From a virus (lineage: Duplodnaviria; Heunggongvirae; Uroviricota; Caudoviricetes), in the IMG/VR virus record IMGVR_UViG_2778261641_000008: a DNA stretch of 28,322 bases; one strand, given 5' to 3'. The notes below the pieces were generated by a model. That model made no database searches. It saw only the letters and a program-made list of their open reading frames with translations, and was not told where the DNA came from. The position numbers were made by a program, and so were the translations under genes. Of this stretch, positions 18,397 to 26,862 are shown piece after piece. Every line of letters begins with the position of its first letter. Position 1 is the first letter of the stretch.

Positions 18397-18666
18397 TCAA
18401 TTGTTGCTGTGTATTAATCGCCAACCACGAACATATGCTTCATAGGCATCTCTGTGCCTTACAGTTCCAGCCTGGCTAAACGGAATGTTAGCTAAAACTA
18501 AATCATTCTGAGCCATAGCGCGTCCTTCAAGCGCATCTTTTATGCCTAGCTCAAAAGCACAGGCAGCGCATTTGTGCCGACCTTCTTGTCCTTGATATTC
18601 AGGGAGAGACAGAAATGTTGGATTATAACGATGAGGGTTCTTGCAAATACCTGTTTTAGCCCGCAC
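18397..18666 (-). CDS. Hypothetical small protein (89 aa) with its own terminator
   Basis: ORF is followed at once by a terminator. Contains Cys/His residues (CKNPH...HKCAAC). Not recognised; the start codon is uncertain. Confidence 0.45.
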   Translation of the reverse strand: MRAKTGICKNPHRYNPTFLSLPEYQGQEGRHKCAACAFELGIKDALEGRAMAQNDLVLANIPFSQAGTVRHRDAYEAYVRGWRLIHSNN

Positions 18667-18785
18667 TTTATTTACCTCATAGGAAAAATATGCGTGCCTT
18701 TACAGAGGTGCGTGTAAGCAATAAAATATACGACGCACATTTTGATTTACTTCGGAAGGCACGCATATCAGGTTAAGTGAGTCCG

Positions 18786-18815
18786 ACCGAGTTTTACGCC
18801 CCAATAGTTGCTGCT
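18786..18815. repeat. 12-bp-stem perfect hairpin (ACGCCCCAATAG ttgctg CTATTGGGGCGT) followed by TTT
   Basis: Read directly from the sequence; in the noncoding stretch between the 89-aa gene and parR. Confidence 0.6.
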
Positions 18816-19030
18816 ATTGGGGCGTTTTGCATGGACAATGCCGCGCAATTATCTTGTCGCTCACAATGCGAACGATCTTACAAAAAGGCACATTACTGTC
18901 AAGATAATTGATCGTTTTAATCGATAGATAATAGACAATCTATTTGTTTAACAGATCGATTATTGAAGTAAGTGTGCCAAGTGGAATGATACTGTCTCTA
19001 TAAACGTGAGCATTTTTCGCGCAGATGCTT

Positions 19031-19342
19031 TTACTCAGGAAATAACGCCCGGATATTCCCAGCCATCTGGCTGGTTATCTTAGCCACTGGTGCAGACTGT
19101 GCTTCAAACTTTTTTGAGCTGATTTGTGTCACAGGTAACATCTCATCATCAGCCCATGCGGCCAGTCGGTAAGCCTCTGCCGGATTCGTCTTCAGAAGTG
19201 CCAGCCCGGCCAGAAAAGCCACGCGTTGGCCGCTTTTGCGGGCTTCTGGTGTAAGGCTGTCCAGCCAGGCGCATGCTTCTCCTTCGTTCTTGACGGCAGC
19301 TGGCTTCAGATAGAAACTTATCCGTCTGGTTGGTGTTGTCAT
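19031..19342 (-). CDS. parR: ParR-like ribbon-helix-helix centromere-binding adaptor
   Basis: ATG at 19342 with AAGGAG 6 nt upstream, 5 nt after the parM stop. N-terminus MTTPTRRISFYLKPAAV...RVAFLAGLAL resembles my recollection of plasmid R1 ParR. Confidence 0.65.
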   Translation of the reverse strand: MTTPTRRISFYLKPAAVKNEGEACAWLDSLTPEARKSGQRVAFLAGLALLKTNPAEAYRLAAWADDEMLPVTQISSKKFEAQSAPVAKITSQMAGNIRALFPE

Positions 19343-19346
19343 TGGT

Positions 19347-20306
19347 TTACTCCTTGTCCATTGCGTACAGCCCATTAACCAGAGCAAACTGTGGCACCCC
19401 GTCCGCGATGAAAGTCGCATTAACTCCGCAGGCTTCGCGGATAGCGGGTGCCACAATCTCCGCCCCGCCACCGACAACCATCACCCGCCCGTAACCCGAA
19501 AAACCCGCCAGCGCGCGGATCACGCGTTGTTTCAGTGTTTCTTCCTTTTCACGAATAACCACCATCAGGCTGTCGTAATGCGCGTCATTGTGGATGTGCT
19601 GGCGCAGCCAGGCTTCATCATGGCGATGTTCGATAATGGTATTGGCGATGTGGTGACTGGTACGCATACCGTTAGTGGCCATCACCGACAGTACGGCATC
19701 GGCCATCAGGGAAACGCCTACGTGTGGATCGCAAAACACCTGGCTGATACCTGCCAGTTGTCCCTGAACCTTTGCCACATCCAGCGTGGTTCCGCCTAAA
19801 TCCACAATCAGCAGGGATTCAAACGGACTCATGTCAGCCAGTGCTTTAAAGCCAGCCGGAATGGATTCAGGCATAACCCGTACGTTACGGATAGTGAATG
19901 CTTCGCCGTTCTGGTACTCCACCGGGCGCATGACGTTCGCTTTTTTGCGGTTGATGTTGGCCATGTCCGGCTGTGCGTTTGTGTCGAAATATTCGCTCAG
20001 TGGCAGGGTGACAACCACATCCACTTCCTGTGGTGTGATGCCTGATTTGACCAGCGCGTGATGAATGGCAATGACATTCACATCGCTGTACTGGTATTGC
20101 GTGTCGGTCGTCTGGACAAAGCGATCGCTGACCGGATCAAAACCATAGCGCACGCCATCAAGCATGTAGTTCGCGGGCTGCGTGCCACCGAACGGCGCAG
20201 ACCATTCCGACTTGAAGCTGTTCGGGCTGATGGCGTTGCGGCGTTCGCCGTTCTCAGTCCATGCCAGCTTGATGTTGGTGGAGCCGTCATCGATACAAAT
20301 TTTCAT
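19347..20306 (-). CDS. parM: ParM/StbA actin-like segregation ATPase
   Basis: 319 aa with IDDGSTNIKL, ISPNSFK, YSDVNVIAIHHAL, DLGGTTLD, VVGGGAE and LVNGLY, the characteristic ParM motifs in the right order. Confidence 0.85.
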   Translation of the reverse strand: MKICIDDGSTNIKLAWTENGERRNAISPNSFKSEWSAPFGGTQPANYMLDGVRYGFDPVSDRFVQTTDTQYQYSDVNVIAIHHALVKSGITPQEVDVVVTLPLSEYFDTNAQPDMANINRKKANVMRPVEYQNGEAFTIRNVRVMPESIPAGFKALADMSPFESLLIVDLGGTTLDVAKVQGQLAGISQVFCDPHVGVSLMADAVLSVMATNGMRTSHHIANTIIEHRHDEAWLRQHIHNDAHYDSLMVVIREKEETLKQRVIRALAGFSGYGRVMVVGGGAEIVAPAIREACGVNATFIADGVPQFALVNGLYAMDKE

Positions 20307-20338
20307 GTCGCTTTTCCTTATGTTGATTAATTAATCGC

Positions 20339-20373
20339 TTACGGGATTCTGAAATCCCGTTTTTGCCTGTTTT
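20339..20373. repeat. Copy 1 of a 35-bp hairpin element (TTACGGGATTCTGAAATCCCGT + T-rich tail), between A stop and parM start
   Basis: 8-bp stem ACGGGATT/AATCCCGT followed by TTTTTGCCTGTTTT. A perfect 12-bp palindrome GATTAATTAATC at 20325-20336 is adjacent. Confidence 0.8.
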
Positions 20374-20382
20374 ATGCGCGCT

Positions 20383-23205
20383 TCATATATCGCGGCGCGT
20401 TTTTTGCTCATTTACGGGATTTGTGAATCCCGTTTCTGTCTGTTTTTTGTTTCCACTGGTCAGGCCACCCCGCAGCAGGTCTGCTTTGCGGCGGGCGTGT
20501 TCAGTGGTTTCACTGATTCTCTGTGCGTGCTCTGCGTCGCGGATGGCGCGCAGCATGTCAGAAAGCACGGTAACGGGTGTTTTCATGGTGTTCTGGTCCT
20601 GCTGAAGTGTGGATGCCAGGCGTGCGGCGGCTTCGGGGTCTGATGCCCCCAGCTGTTCCAGATAGCTGGCGACCGGGTTATGGCGGATCTCCGTGCTGCT
20701 TACGCCGTGGTTACGGCTCAGGCGCTGCCAGAGCTGCGTGATCCGGCTGTCCGGTCGGGTATCCGGTTTGCGTACAATTTCAAATCCCTGCGGTGCAATG
20801 ATGCTGCCGTCGACGTACAGACTGCCGCCCCGTAACAGGTGCTGCATCTGCTGTTCACCGATATGCAGGCCGAGAGATTCAGCAGACTCCCGCCATTCTT
20901 TAGCGAGTAACTCGTGGTTATCAGGCAAAGGCCGTGGCTGTTTGCGGCTCTGTGTCCAGTTCTGCATTTCATCACTGCTGTTTTTTGCCTGTTTGTCACG
21001 CAGCGAACGCATCAGCGCCCGGCGTTCGTGCCGTTTCAGTGAGCGCATCCATTCATTCACGTCAACGCCGTCAGGAAGCTGCGGCCACGGTGCTGGCCGT
21101 TCTTCCAGCTGTTCTGTCCCGTTGTTGTCCGTTTCCTGTACACGGGGACAGTTATTGCCACGAGTCCAAGGGGCGGCAGGGCCGCCCTGAAGGTCAAAAC
21201 CATTTTCGCGGGCGCTGTCTTCCGCTTCCGGTTTACGTCTTACCAGCTTCCAGTTATCCGGATGTGTGCACACACGGGAAGACTCCCCGATGAGCGGTGA
21301 CCAGATCCCGTAAATCTGTACGCTCTGTTCGCCGTAATCGTTCAGCTCATCTGCGAGGTCGTAGGCGGTGCGAATCAGGTAGTCTTTGCGTGGAACAAGT
21401 ACGCCGCCCTGTTTTTCAATGTAGGAGGCAAAACACCCGGCATCAGCGGCAGCGAGCACTGCATCCATTGCGTCATCCTTCAGTCGTTGCGGGCCTTCCG
21501 GGTTGCGTGCCATCTGGCTGGCAAGGCGGCGCAGTTCACGCCACACCTGACGGGAGGGGATGCCAAAGAACTGGAACTGGCGGACCCGGTGAAGGCGCGC
21601 CCAGCCGATGGCGCGCTCCACGCTCTCGGCCATTGATTTTCCGGTTTCGTGGTCAACGCGTGGCTTGCCCGTTTTCGGGTCGATACCATCCACGGCGCGG
21701 CTGTCCAGGTTCTTTCCGATGTAGGTGGCGATGTAGCTGGTTGGCGTGCCTTTTGAGCCGTCGACGTACTCCGCCTTAAAACGCGGAGTTATGTCATCGC
21801 CCAGCTCGTGGCGGTCTTCCTGAATGGCAATATCGCAGACGTGGGACACGATGGTTTCAATCTCGTCCGGATGTGCAAAGACCATCATATGCCAGTGCAC
21901 AGTGCCGTCATGGTGAGGCTCCACCGTGCGGATGCCATACCAGCGAAGACCGTCGCGGTTCAGTTTTTTGCGGACCGCCGCAAAAAACGTGTTAACCAGG
22001 TAATCGCTGGAGTCGCGCATGGTGGCCCCGTTCCATTTGGGATTCGGATGACCGTTCTCTGTTGTGGCGTGGTATTTTGACGGGCAGGTGACAGTCAGAA
22101 ACACCGCTCTGTCGCCACGGGCTTCGGCCAGAAGTTCCAGTCCCTTCATGGTGGCCATCATTTCTGCCTTACGGTGAACCGGGTTACTTACTCCCGCGTA
22201 ATATACCGTCTCGAGATCAATCGTGAACCCGTCTTCATTTTCCAGCATGAAACTTTTCAGGAAATCGCGTGTTTTCTCGCGCTGTGCGCGAAACTCGCTT
22301 AACGCGTCCTGGCTCAGATAGGGTGATGTTTTTCTGGAAACCAGACAGGCGGCGCGGAGTTGTTCTTCTCTCCACTCGCAACGTAACAGCCACAGTTTGC
22401 GTTTCCACCATTCCGCACAGGTCAGGCGAAGGATTGCGCCCGGCAGCAGCTCCGTGTCCGGTTCGTTCCTCCGGTCTTTGTCTGTTGTCAGTGCGTCATA
22501 ATGTGGAGGCATGGCGTGCAGGTGTAACGCCATGCGGGCCAGCATCTGATACGCCTTCAGCGTTACATCCATGGTCAGTTCGCCATCAGTAGCGCCAAAG
22601 CCATCGCAGAGTTTTTCGAAGGTGCTGCTGAACATCGCCGCCGTCATGGTGGCCAGCGTCTGTATCTGGTGTTTGTTGAGCTGCGGCAGGTAAAGCAAAT
22701 CGTCCAGGCGTTCGCGTCCGGCAAGGGAGCGATAACCCGGTGTCAGCCAGCGGTGATCGGTGCGGTCCAGACGTTCGAATATTTTGCGCAGGGTTCCGCG
22801 CGCGTAGCGTTCCGCCTGCCAGCTCTTTTTGCCTTTCTGACGATCGGCTTCCTGCTTCTTGCGCAGGAAGGAGAGGTGGCGAATAAGCGGATCGCGCAGA
22901 TAGGACGGCAGCAGGCGCAGCGAGGCCATGGCTTCATCCACCGCGCCGCGTGCCTGTTTTCTGGCGTCTCCTGCCAGTGTGATGGTTTTGTCCTGTTTTT
23001 CCTGTGCGTCCAGGCTTTTATTAATCAGGTTGCCCAGCGGCGTGGCGGAGAACGCCGCATCAGCCATTTCCTGGCGGCGCTCGTTCTCTACCCGGTAGGC
23101 ATCCAGCCAGGAGGAAAGCGCGGATTCAGGAGCGGAGATCCCCGTTCCTTCACGCCCCACTGCGTGGCGCGGTTGTTGCCAGTCCCTGATGTACTCTGCC
23201 GTCAT
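20383..23205 (-). CDS. A: Replication initiation endonuclease (P2 A, rolling-circle HUH family)
   Basis: 940 aa with the HUH-type motif TVHWHMMVFAHP; position downstream of the early operon as in P2. Confidence 0.85.
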   Translation of the reverse strand: MTAEYIRDWQQPRHAVGREGTGISAPESALSSWLDAYRVENERRQEMADAAFSATPLGNLINKSLDAQEKQDKTITLAGDARKQARGAVDEAMASLRLLPSYLRDPLIRHLSFLRKKQEADRQKGKKSWQAERYARGTLRKIFERLDRTDHRWLTPGYRSLAGRERLDDLLYLPQLNKHQIQTLATMTAAMFSSTFEKLCDGFGATDGELTMDVTLKAYQMLARMALHLHAMPPHYDALTTDKDRRNEPDTELLPGAILRLTCAEWWKRKLWLLRCEWREEQLRAACLVSRKTSPYLSQDALSEFRAQREKTRDFLKSFMLENEDGFTIDLETVYYAGVSNPVHRKAEMMATMKGLELLAEARGDRAVFLTVTCPSKYHATTENGHPNPKWNGATMRDSSDYLVNTFFAAVRKKLNRDGLRWYGIRTVEPHHDGTVHWHMMVFAHPDEIETIVSHVCDIAIQEDRHELGDDITPRFKAEYVDGSKGTPTSYIATYIGKNLDSRAVDGIDPKTGKPRVDHETGKSMAESVERAIGWARLHRVRQFQFFGIPSRQVWRELRRLASQMARNPEGPQRLKDDAMDAVLAAADAGCFASYIEKQGGVLVPRKDYLIRTAYDLADELNDYGEQSVQIYGIWSPLIGESSRVCTHPDNWKLVRRKPEAEDSARENGFDLQGGPAAPWTRGNNCPRVQETDNNGTEQLEERPAPWPQLPDGVDVNEWMRSLKRHERRALMRSLRDKQAKNSSDEMQNWTQSRKQPRPLPDNHELLAKEWRESAESLGLHIGEQQMQHLLRGGSLYVDGSIIAPQGFEIVRKPDTRPDSRITQLWQRLSRNHGVSSTEIRHNPVASYLEQLGASDPEAAARLASTLQQDQNTMKTPVTVLSDMLRAIRDAEHAQRISETTEHARRKADLLRGGLTSGNKKQTETGFTNPVNEQKTRRDI
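20412..20446. repeat. Copy 2 of the same hairpin element, inside the last codons of gene A
   Basis: TTACGGGATTTGTGAATCCCGTTTCTGTCTGTTTT, about 30 of 35 positions identical to copy 1, spaced 73 bp; it encodes the TGFTNPV residues of the A C-terminus. Confidence 0.8.
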
Positions 23206-23211
23206 AGTGAT

Positions 23212-23577
23212 TTACTTCGTCATGCCATTCAGGGTGTCGCGGCAGACTGTAGCCAGCCGCTGAATTTCCAGCACGGTGTCTTCTGTGTCGGCATGGCGAT
23301 GTGTGATGCGGATGCTGTCGGCAATCACATCGACGATTGCAGAGGATGGGCGCTGGTAAATGCCAATAACGGACGGGGTGCCACCTTCAATGCGGTAAAG
23401 CCTGTAATTTCCCTCGTGGCTGTCAATCATGTAGCGACCATCAATAACAATCTTTCCGTCAGCGAGCTGCGGTACAGGCAGGGATTTCAGGTACATGTCA
23501 TAACGATCACGCACGCGAGCGGCAAGATCACGCTCTGTGTTGAGCAGGTATTCAAGAAAGTCGTTGGCGAGAATCAT
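23212..23577 (-). CDS. Hypothetical early-operon protein (121 aa)
   Basis: ORF immediately upstream of A on the same strand. Confidence 0.55.
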   Translation of the reverse strand: MILANDFLEYLLNTERDLAARVRDRYDMYLKSLPVPQLADGKIVIDGRYMIDSHEGNYRLYRIEGGTPSVIGIYQRPSSAIVDVIADSIRITHRHADTEDTVLEIQRLATVCRDTLNGMTK

Positions 23578-23649
23578 TGCGGCAATCCTCTTGTTACAGA
23601 TGTGCGAAGGCCTCCCGCCGCAAGGTGCAGGAAAGGCCCGGAACAGGAA

Positions 23650-23880
23650 TTAATGGAGTTTGTTTTGCTGCTGGATGAGCTGTTGAAGCTCGTGCAGATC
23701 ATCCGCCAGATAGCTGAAAACAGAGGCGGAATAAATGTTTGATAGTGCGTGGCTGCGCTCATGCAACATATTGATGTGCATGATTTGCGCGACGCGTGAT
23801 GCGCGGGAAAGTCTGCGGTTGATTTCAGTCTGGATGTGACGACGCTCCGCGATAGCGCGGTGTGGTTTGCGGTTTGCCAT
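23650..23880 (-). CDS. Hypothetical basic small protein (76 aa)
   Basis: ATG at 23880 with AAGGGG RBS about 8 nt upstream. Confidence 0.5.
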   Translation of the reverse strand: MANRKPHRAIAERRHIQTEINRRLSRASRVAQIMHINMLHERSHALSNIYSASVFSYLADDLHELQQLIQQQNKLH

Positions 23881-24057
23881 GGTGTGGCCCCTTGTGTAGT
23901 AAGTTGTGAAAACTCACCATCCAGAGCTGCGAAACTGTGGGTGGCGAGACGTACGAGGTTCGCAGTACCGGCTACACAAGAACCCGGCCCGACCGAAGTC
24001 GGCCCCGTACGCCCCGCCATAATTCTGACGCGAAAAAAACGTGGCAATACAGTACGC

Positions 24058-24080
24058 ACAAAAAAACCGCTGGCGCGGTT
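24058..24080 (-). terminator. Rho-independent terminator within the early region
   Basis: Minus-strand stem AACCGC/GCGGTT with loop, followed by T7 (complement of A-run 24059-24066). Confidence 0.5.
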
Positions 24081-24202
24081 GTGCGCTTGTGTAGTCAGCA
24101 GGCTGCGAAACCCGGCACCCGTTTTGTGAGGTGCAGCGGAAATGTAACCTGACTGATTGCGGCATGGCAAGCGGTTTTTTTGTGTGTGCATGTTCTGGTT
24201 TC

Positions 24203-24502
24203 TTAGTGGTTCAGAAAAAAATCAAAAACCTTGTCAATGCGTTGCAGCAGCTCTTGCTGTATTGCTTTCGGCGTTTCCGGTTCGCCTGGCGCCTCCAACG
24301 TCGCGCAGAAATCCTCGATTTCATGACGGAGCGTCAGGCGAATGGCGAGAGGTGTGGTTCTGGCGTGCTCCAGCTCATCCAGCAGCGCCAGCACAGCAGA
24401 CGGCGAGAGCATTGCGCGAAACGCCAGTAATTTTTGAGGCGTTGCCATTCGTTGCAGGTCAGTCGCCAGTTCGCGTAATTCCTGGTGGTTGATGGCGCTC
24501 AT
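24203..24502 (-). CDS. Hypothetical early protein (99 aa)
   Basis: Stop/start overlap with the upstream gene, indicating translational coupling. Confidence 0.55.
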   Translation of the reverse strand: MSAINHQELRELATDLQRMATPQKLLAFRAMLSPSAVLALLDELEHARTTPLAIRLTLRHEIEDFCATLEAPGEPETPKAIQQELLQRIDKVFDFFLNH

Positions 24503-24744
24503 GCTCTGGCTTCCTTCAGTAGCTGGTTAAACGTGTTGGTAAGTGGATTGCCGCACCCGAACGGCATCGGGTTTATCTGGTAAGAAAAGCGACCGCCTGT
24601 TTTGCGCTCTTTTCTTATGACTGAACCGCTGCGCCAGAGTCGGCGTAACTCCGCATTAATGGCTGTGGTTGGGGTATTCAGTGCTGCGGCGATTTCTCCA
24701 CCGCTACACCCCGGATTGGCGGCGATATAGTCCAGAATGGTCAT
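24499..24744 (-). CDS. Hypothetical small protein (81 aa), possibly winged-helix DNA-binding
   Basis: Overlapping stop/start with neighbours on both sides. The DNA-binding call is weak, based only on a helix-turn-like segment. Confidence 0.5.
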   Translation of the reverse strand: MTILDYIAANPGCSGGEIAAALNTPTTAINAELRRLWRSGSVIRKERKTGGRFSYQINPMPFGCGNPLTNTFNQLLKEARA

Positions 24745-24944
24745 CTGCGTGACTCCTGTACCTGTCGGATAAGGTTCACCCGCACCACATTCGTGGCGCA
24801 GAAGTAAGTGCCGTCAGTGAGATAGATGTGATGTGCATCCTTTTCTGAACGGTGTTTGTCGATTGTGGTAATCAGGCGTTCGTCGACTTCGTATTCACGC
24901 CCTCTGGAGGTAAAACGAACGACAGGAAAATGCTTAATTGCCAT
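24741..24944 (-). CDS. Hypothetical early protein (67 aa)
   Basis: Translationally coupled to the downstream gene. Confidence 0.5.
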   Translation of the reverse strand: MAIKHFPVVRFTSRGREYEVDERLITTIDKHRSEKDAHHIYLTDGTYFCATNVVRVNLIRQVQESRR

Positions 24945-25030
24945 TACGCCTCCTTGGCGTGTGCGAATACCTCCGCGAATGCGGATTGTTTTTACATTTT
25001 CTTATTTAATCTGTGGTTTTATTTGCTCTG

Positions 25031-25144
25031 TTATTCGCCAGTGAAAAAGCGTTCAATCTTTTTTATTGAATGAATAATTCGCATAATCCCAATAGCGCAG
25101 GCCACCGAAATAATCAGAACAAGCCATGAGATAAATATACTCAT
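25031..25144 (-). CDS. Small hydrophobic peptide (37 aa, MSIFISWLVLIISVACAIGIMRIIHSIKKIERFFTGE); absent from ORF track
   Basis: Hand translation. Its ATG overlaps the stop of the 80-aa gene as ATGA at 25144-25141; a single TM helix is predicted. Confidence 0.4.
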   Translation of the reverse strand: MSIFISWLVLIISVACAIGIMRIIHSIKKIERFFTGE

Positions 25145-25383
25145 GCGATATTCCCCAGCTCATACGGTTCAATATGTTCCCCGCATTCTGCGGCACAGAT
25201 CAGCTCGGAAAGTTCGTTAAGTGCATCCAGATCATCAGCGTAAAAAGCCACGTCATACAGACTTCGGATTGCTCTGGTCAATGAGTCACGGGCCGCACGT
25301 TCAGCATGAGCGCCTGATGCACTTAAGCGAAAATAAAAGCGCTCAAGTGCTTTGTTAATGAGAGTTTTATATTCTTTGCCCAT
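25141..25383 (-). CDS. Hypothetical early protein (80 aa)
   Basis: ORF in the early operon. Confidence 0.5.
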   Translation of the reverse strand: MGKEYKTLINKALERFYFRLSASGAHAERAARDSLTRAIRSLYDVAFYADDLDALNELSELICAAECGEHIEPYELGNIA

Positions 25384-25394
25384 CGCAACGCCCT

Positions 25395-25682
25395 TTAATC
25401 TGCTTTCTGAATTTCAGTTTCTGAATCCATACAGATAATTTCGATATAGGGTTTATCGCCATTAACCTGACGAGCCTTTTCAGCTTCGCTAATGATTTCG
25501 CGTACGGTCTGGTACGGAAGTTCCACGATCAGTCGCGTGCCGTTCAGATAAACGTAAGTGGCTTCGGCGGCTCCGTTTTTCCCCGCCGGAGCCACTCCAT
25601 CAATAGCGGATGCGCGTAATAACAGTTCACCGCGAAAATCAATAAAGCGGATAAATACACCTTGAGTATGGTCTTTAGTCAT
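25395..25682 (-). CDS. Hypothetical early protein (about 95 aa from ATG at 25682)
   Basis: The track ORF extends to 25742, but that would overlap the upstream gene; the internal start MTKDHTQGVF is preferred. Confidence 0.45.
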   Translation of the reverse strand: MTKDHTQGVFIRFIDFRGELLLRASAIDGVAPAGKNGAAEATYVYLNGTRLIVELPYQTVREIISEAEKARQVNGDKPYIEIICMDSETEIQKAD

Positions 25683-25692
25683 AAAGCACCTG

Positions 25693-26034
25693 TTATAAAT
25701 CAGCCTGTTTAATAAAACTCTGTCCACGCAGCAGACGATCAACCGTGCGAAGCGCTTCGTATAATGTGAAATCCTGCCCGAACTGATTGTCGCCGCTGCT
25801 CAGAGCAAAAATGCGGTTTCCGGTAAACGGATTGCGCGGGCATTTGTGGACCACGATTCCAGCTTTCTCAATCAGCCAGGCATGCTCGCCGATTTGTTTT
25901 ACTGGGTAGCCATCCGGCGTTGCGTGTGTATCACTCAGGCTGTAGCGGATGTTGCTGCGTGATGCACTGGTAGCAAAACGGTTAGCGTGGCGTTCTGCAC
26001 CATTGCGAAAGCGTGAATTACGTTGCTGTTTCAT
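25693..26034 (-). CDS. Hypothetical early protein (113 aa); could be a B-like replication accessory protein, unverified
   Basis: Position between cox and A in the early operon. Confidence 0.5.
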   Translation of the reverse strand: MKQQRNSRFRNGAERHANRFATSASRSNIRYSLSDTHATPDGYPVKQIGEHAWLIEKAGIVVHKCPRNPFTGNRIFALSSGDNQFGQDFTLYEALRTVDRLLRGQSFIKQADL

Positions 26035-26286
26035 GTTAAAGACTCTGTACAGATTTAATTATTCCGGCATAGAGGCCGAACTCAAAATATTTGCGATTAA
26101 ATCGCATCGCATTGTTTTCACGTTTTGCGGACTGCTGGTTCATTTTCGTTTGCCTCCGCACATGAGAATTGCGCCGCTTAAGAGGTAACCGAAGTTAATT
26201 GATAGTATTACAATTAACATAAGGTCCAATTTGTCCATGCCACACATAATTACCCTCATTGCAGTAGTTGTGGGTTGTCAGGTTTC

Positions 26287-26493
26287 TCACCCGATAAACC
26301 AGATAACAAACGCTATCAACATCGCCCCAATAGCTGCCGGGAAAAGTCCTTTGGTATAAGCGGCGATATATTCAATGCTGAGTTCAATAAAGCGTTCTTT
26401 ATGTCCCGTTAACTTGCGAAACAAATAGATCTCTATTACGCCTATCTCAATAAAAACAAGGGTCAGAATGGCGCTGATGATATGGCTGGTCAT
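26287..26493 (-). CDS. Small membrane protein (68 aa, two hydrophobic helices)
   Basis: ATG at 26493 lies 7 nt after the cox stop; hydrophobic segments at both ends. Confidence 0.5.
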   Translation of the reverse strand: MTSHIISAILTLVFIEIGVIEIYLFRKLTGHKERFIELSIEYIAAYTKGLFPAAIGAMLIAFVIWFIG

Positions 26494-26499
26494 TTATGA

Positions 26500-26787
26500 C
26501 TAAAGTCCCAGCCACAACAACCATGCGTCGCGGCGTTCTTTCGGTTGCTCAAAAAACGCTTTGCGCATGCCTTCGTTAAATGCTGGCAGATATACCCAGT
26601 TTTCTGATGCACGCGTCTTTACTGAACCTGGTTTCACAAAGTCAATTGTTGGTAGCTTTGCTGCGTCAATCATGGTTCTGACTGTGGATTCCTTGCGGCC
26701 GATCATCTTGGCGAATAGTTGATATGGCACCGCTTCAAGTGGATATGGTGCTACCTGAATGAACCCCCCAAGCTCTGATTCGCTCAT
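26500..26787 (-). CDS. cox: Cox-like excisionase/early-promoter regulator
   Basis: PYQLFAKMIGRKESTVRTMIDAAKLPTID...ENWVYLPAFNEG...RDAWLLWLGL parallels P2 Cox as I recall it. GGGAG RBS. Confidence 0.8.
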   Translation of the reverse strand: MSESELGGFIQVAPYPLEAVPYQLFAKMIGRKESTVRTMIDAAKLPTIDFVKPGSVKTRASENWVYLPAFNEGMRKAFFEQPKERRDAWLLWLGL

Positions 26788-26862
26788 TGTGGTAATCTCC
26801 CTAATTCGTTCGAATGGCTCAAAATGGCTTATATCGGCTTATTTGAGTGTTTTTATGTTTGT

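Noticed and set aside
18055-18417. 120-aa plus-strand ORF in the cos-proximal region
   Set aside because: Lacks an RBS, runs through hairpins and a minus-strand terminator, and has no recognisable features.
20339-20446. Possible CRISPR-like array
   Set aside because: Only two copies of a hairpin element with a 73-bp interval; no regular repeat-spacer periodicity and no cas genes.
20693-23742. Plus-strand ORFs of 90-357 aa antisense to gene A
   Set aside because: Antisense shadow frames with Arg/Cys-rich low-complexity translations; the A frame with its HUH motif is clearly the real gene.
23574-24191. 205-aa minus-strand ORF spanning the GC-rich gap
   Set aside because: Low-complexity translation, no RBS, overlaps the better-supported 76-aa gene and a terminator; looks like a chance open frame.
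26040-26286. Possible 32-aa hydrophobic peptide (MDKLDLMLIVILSINFGYLLSGAILMCGGKRK) on the minus strand
   Set aside because: No clear RBS and no coupling to neighbours; too short to call without conservation data.
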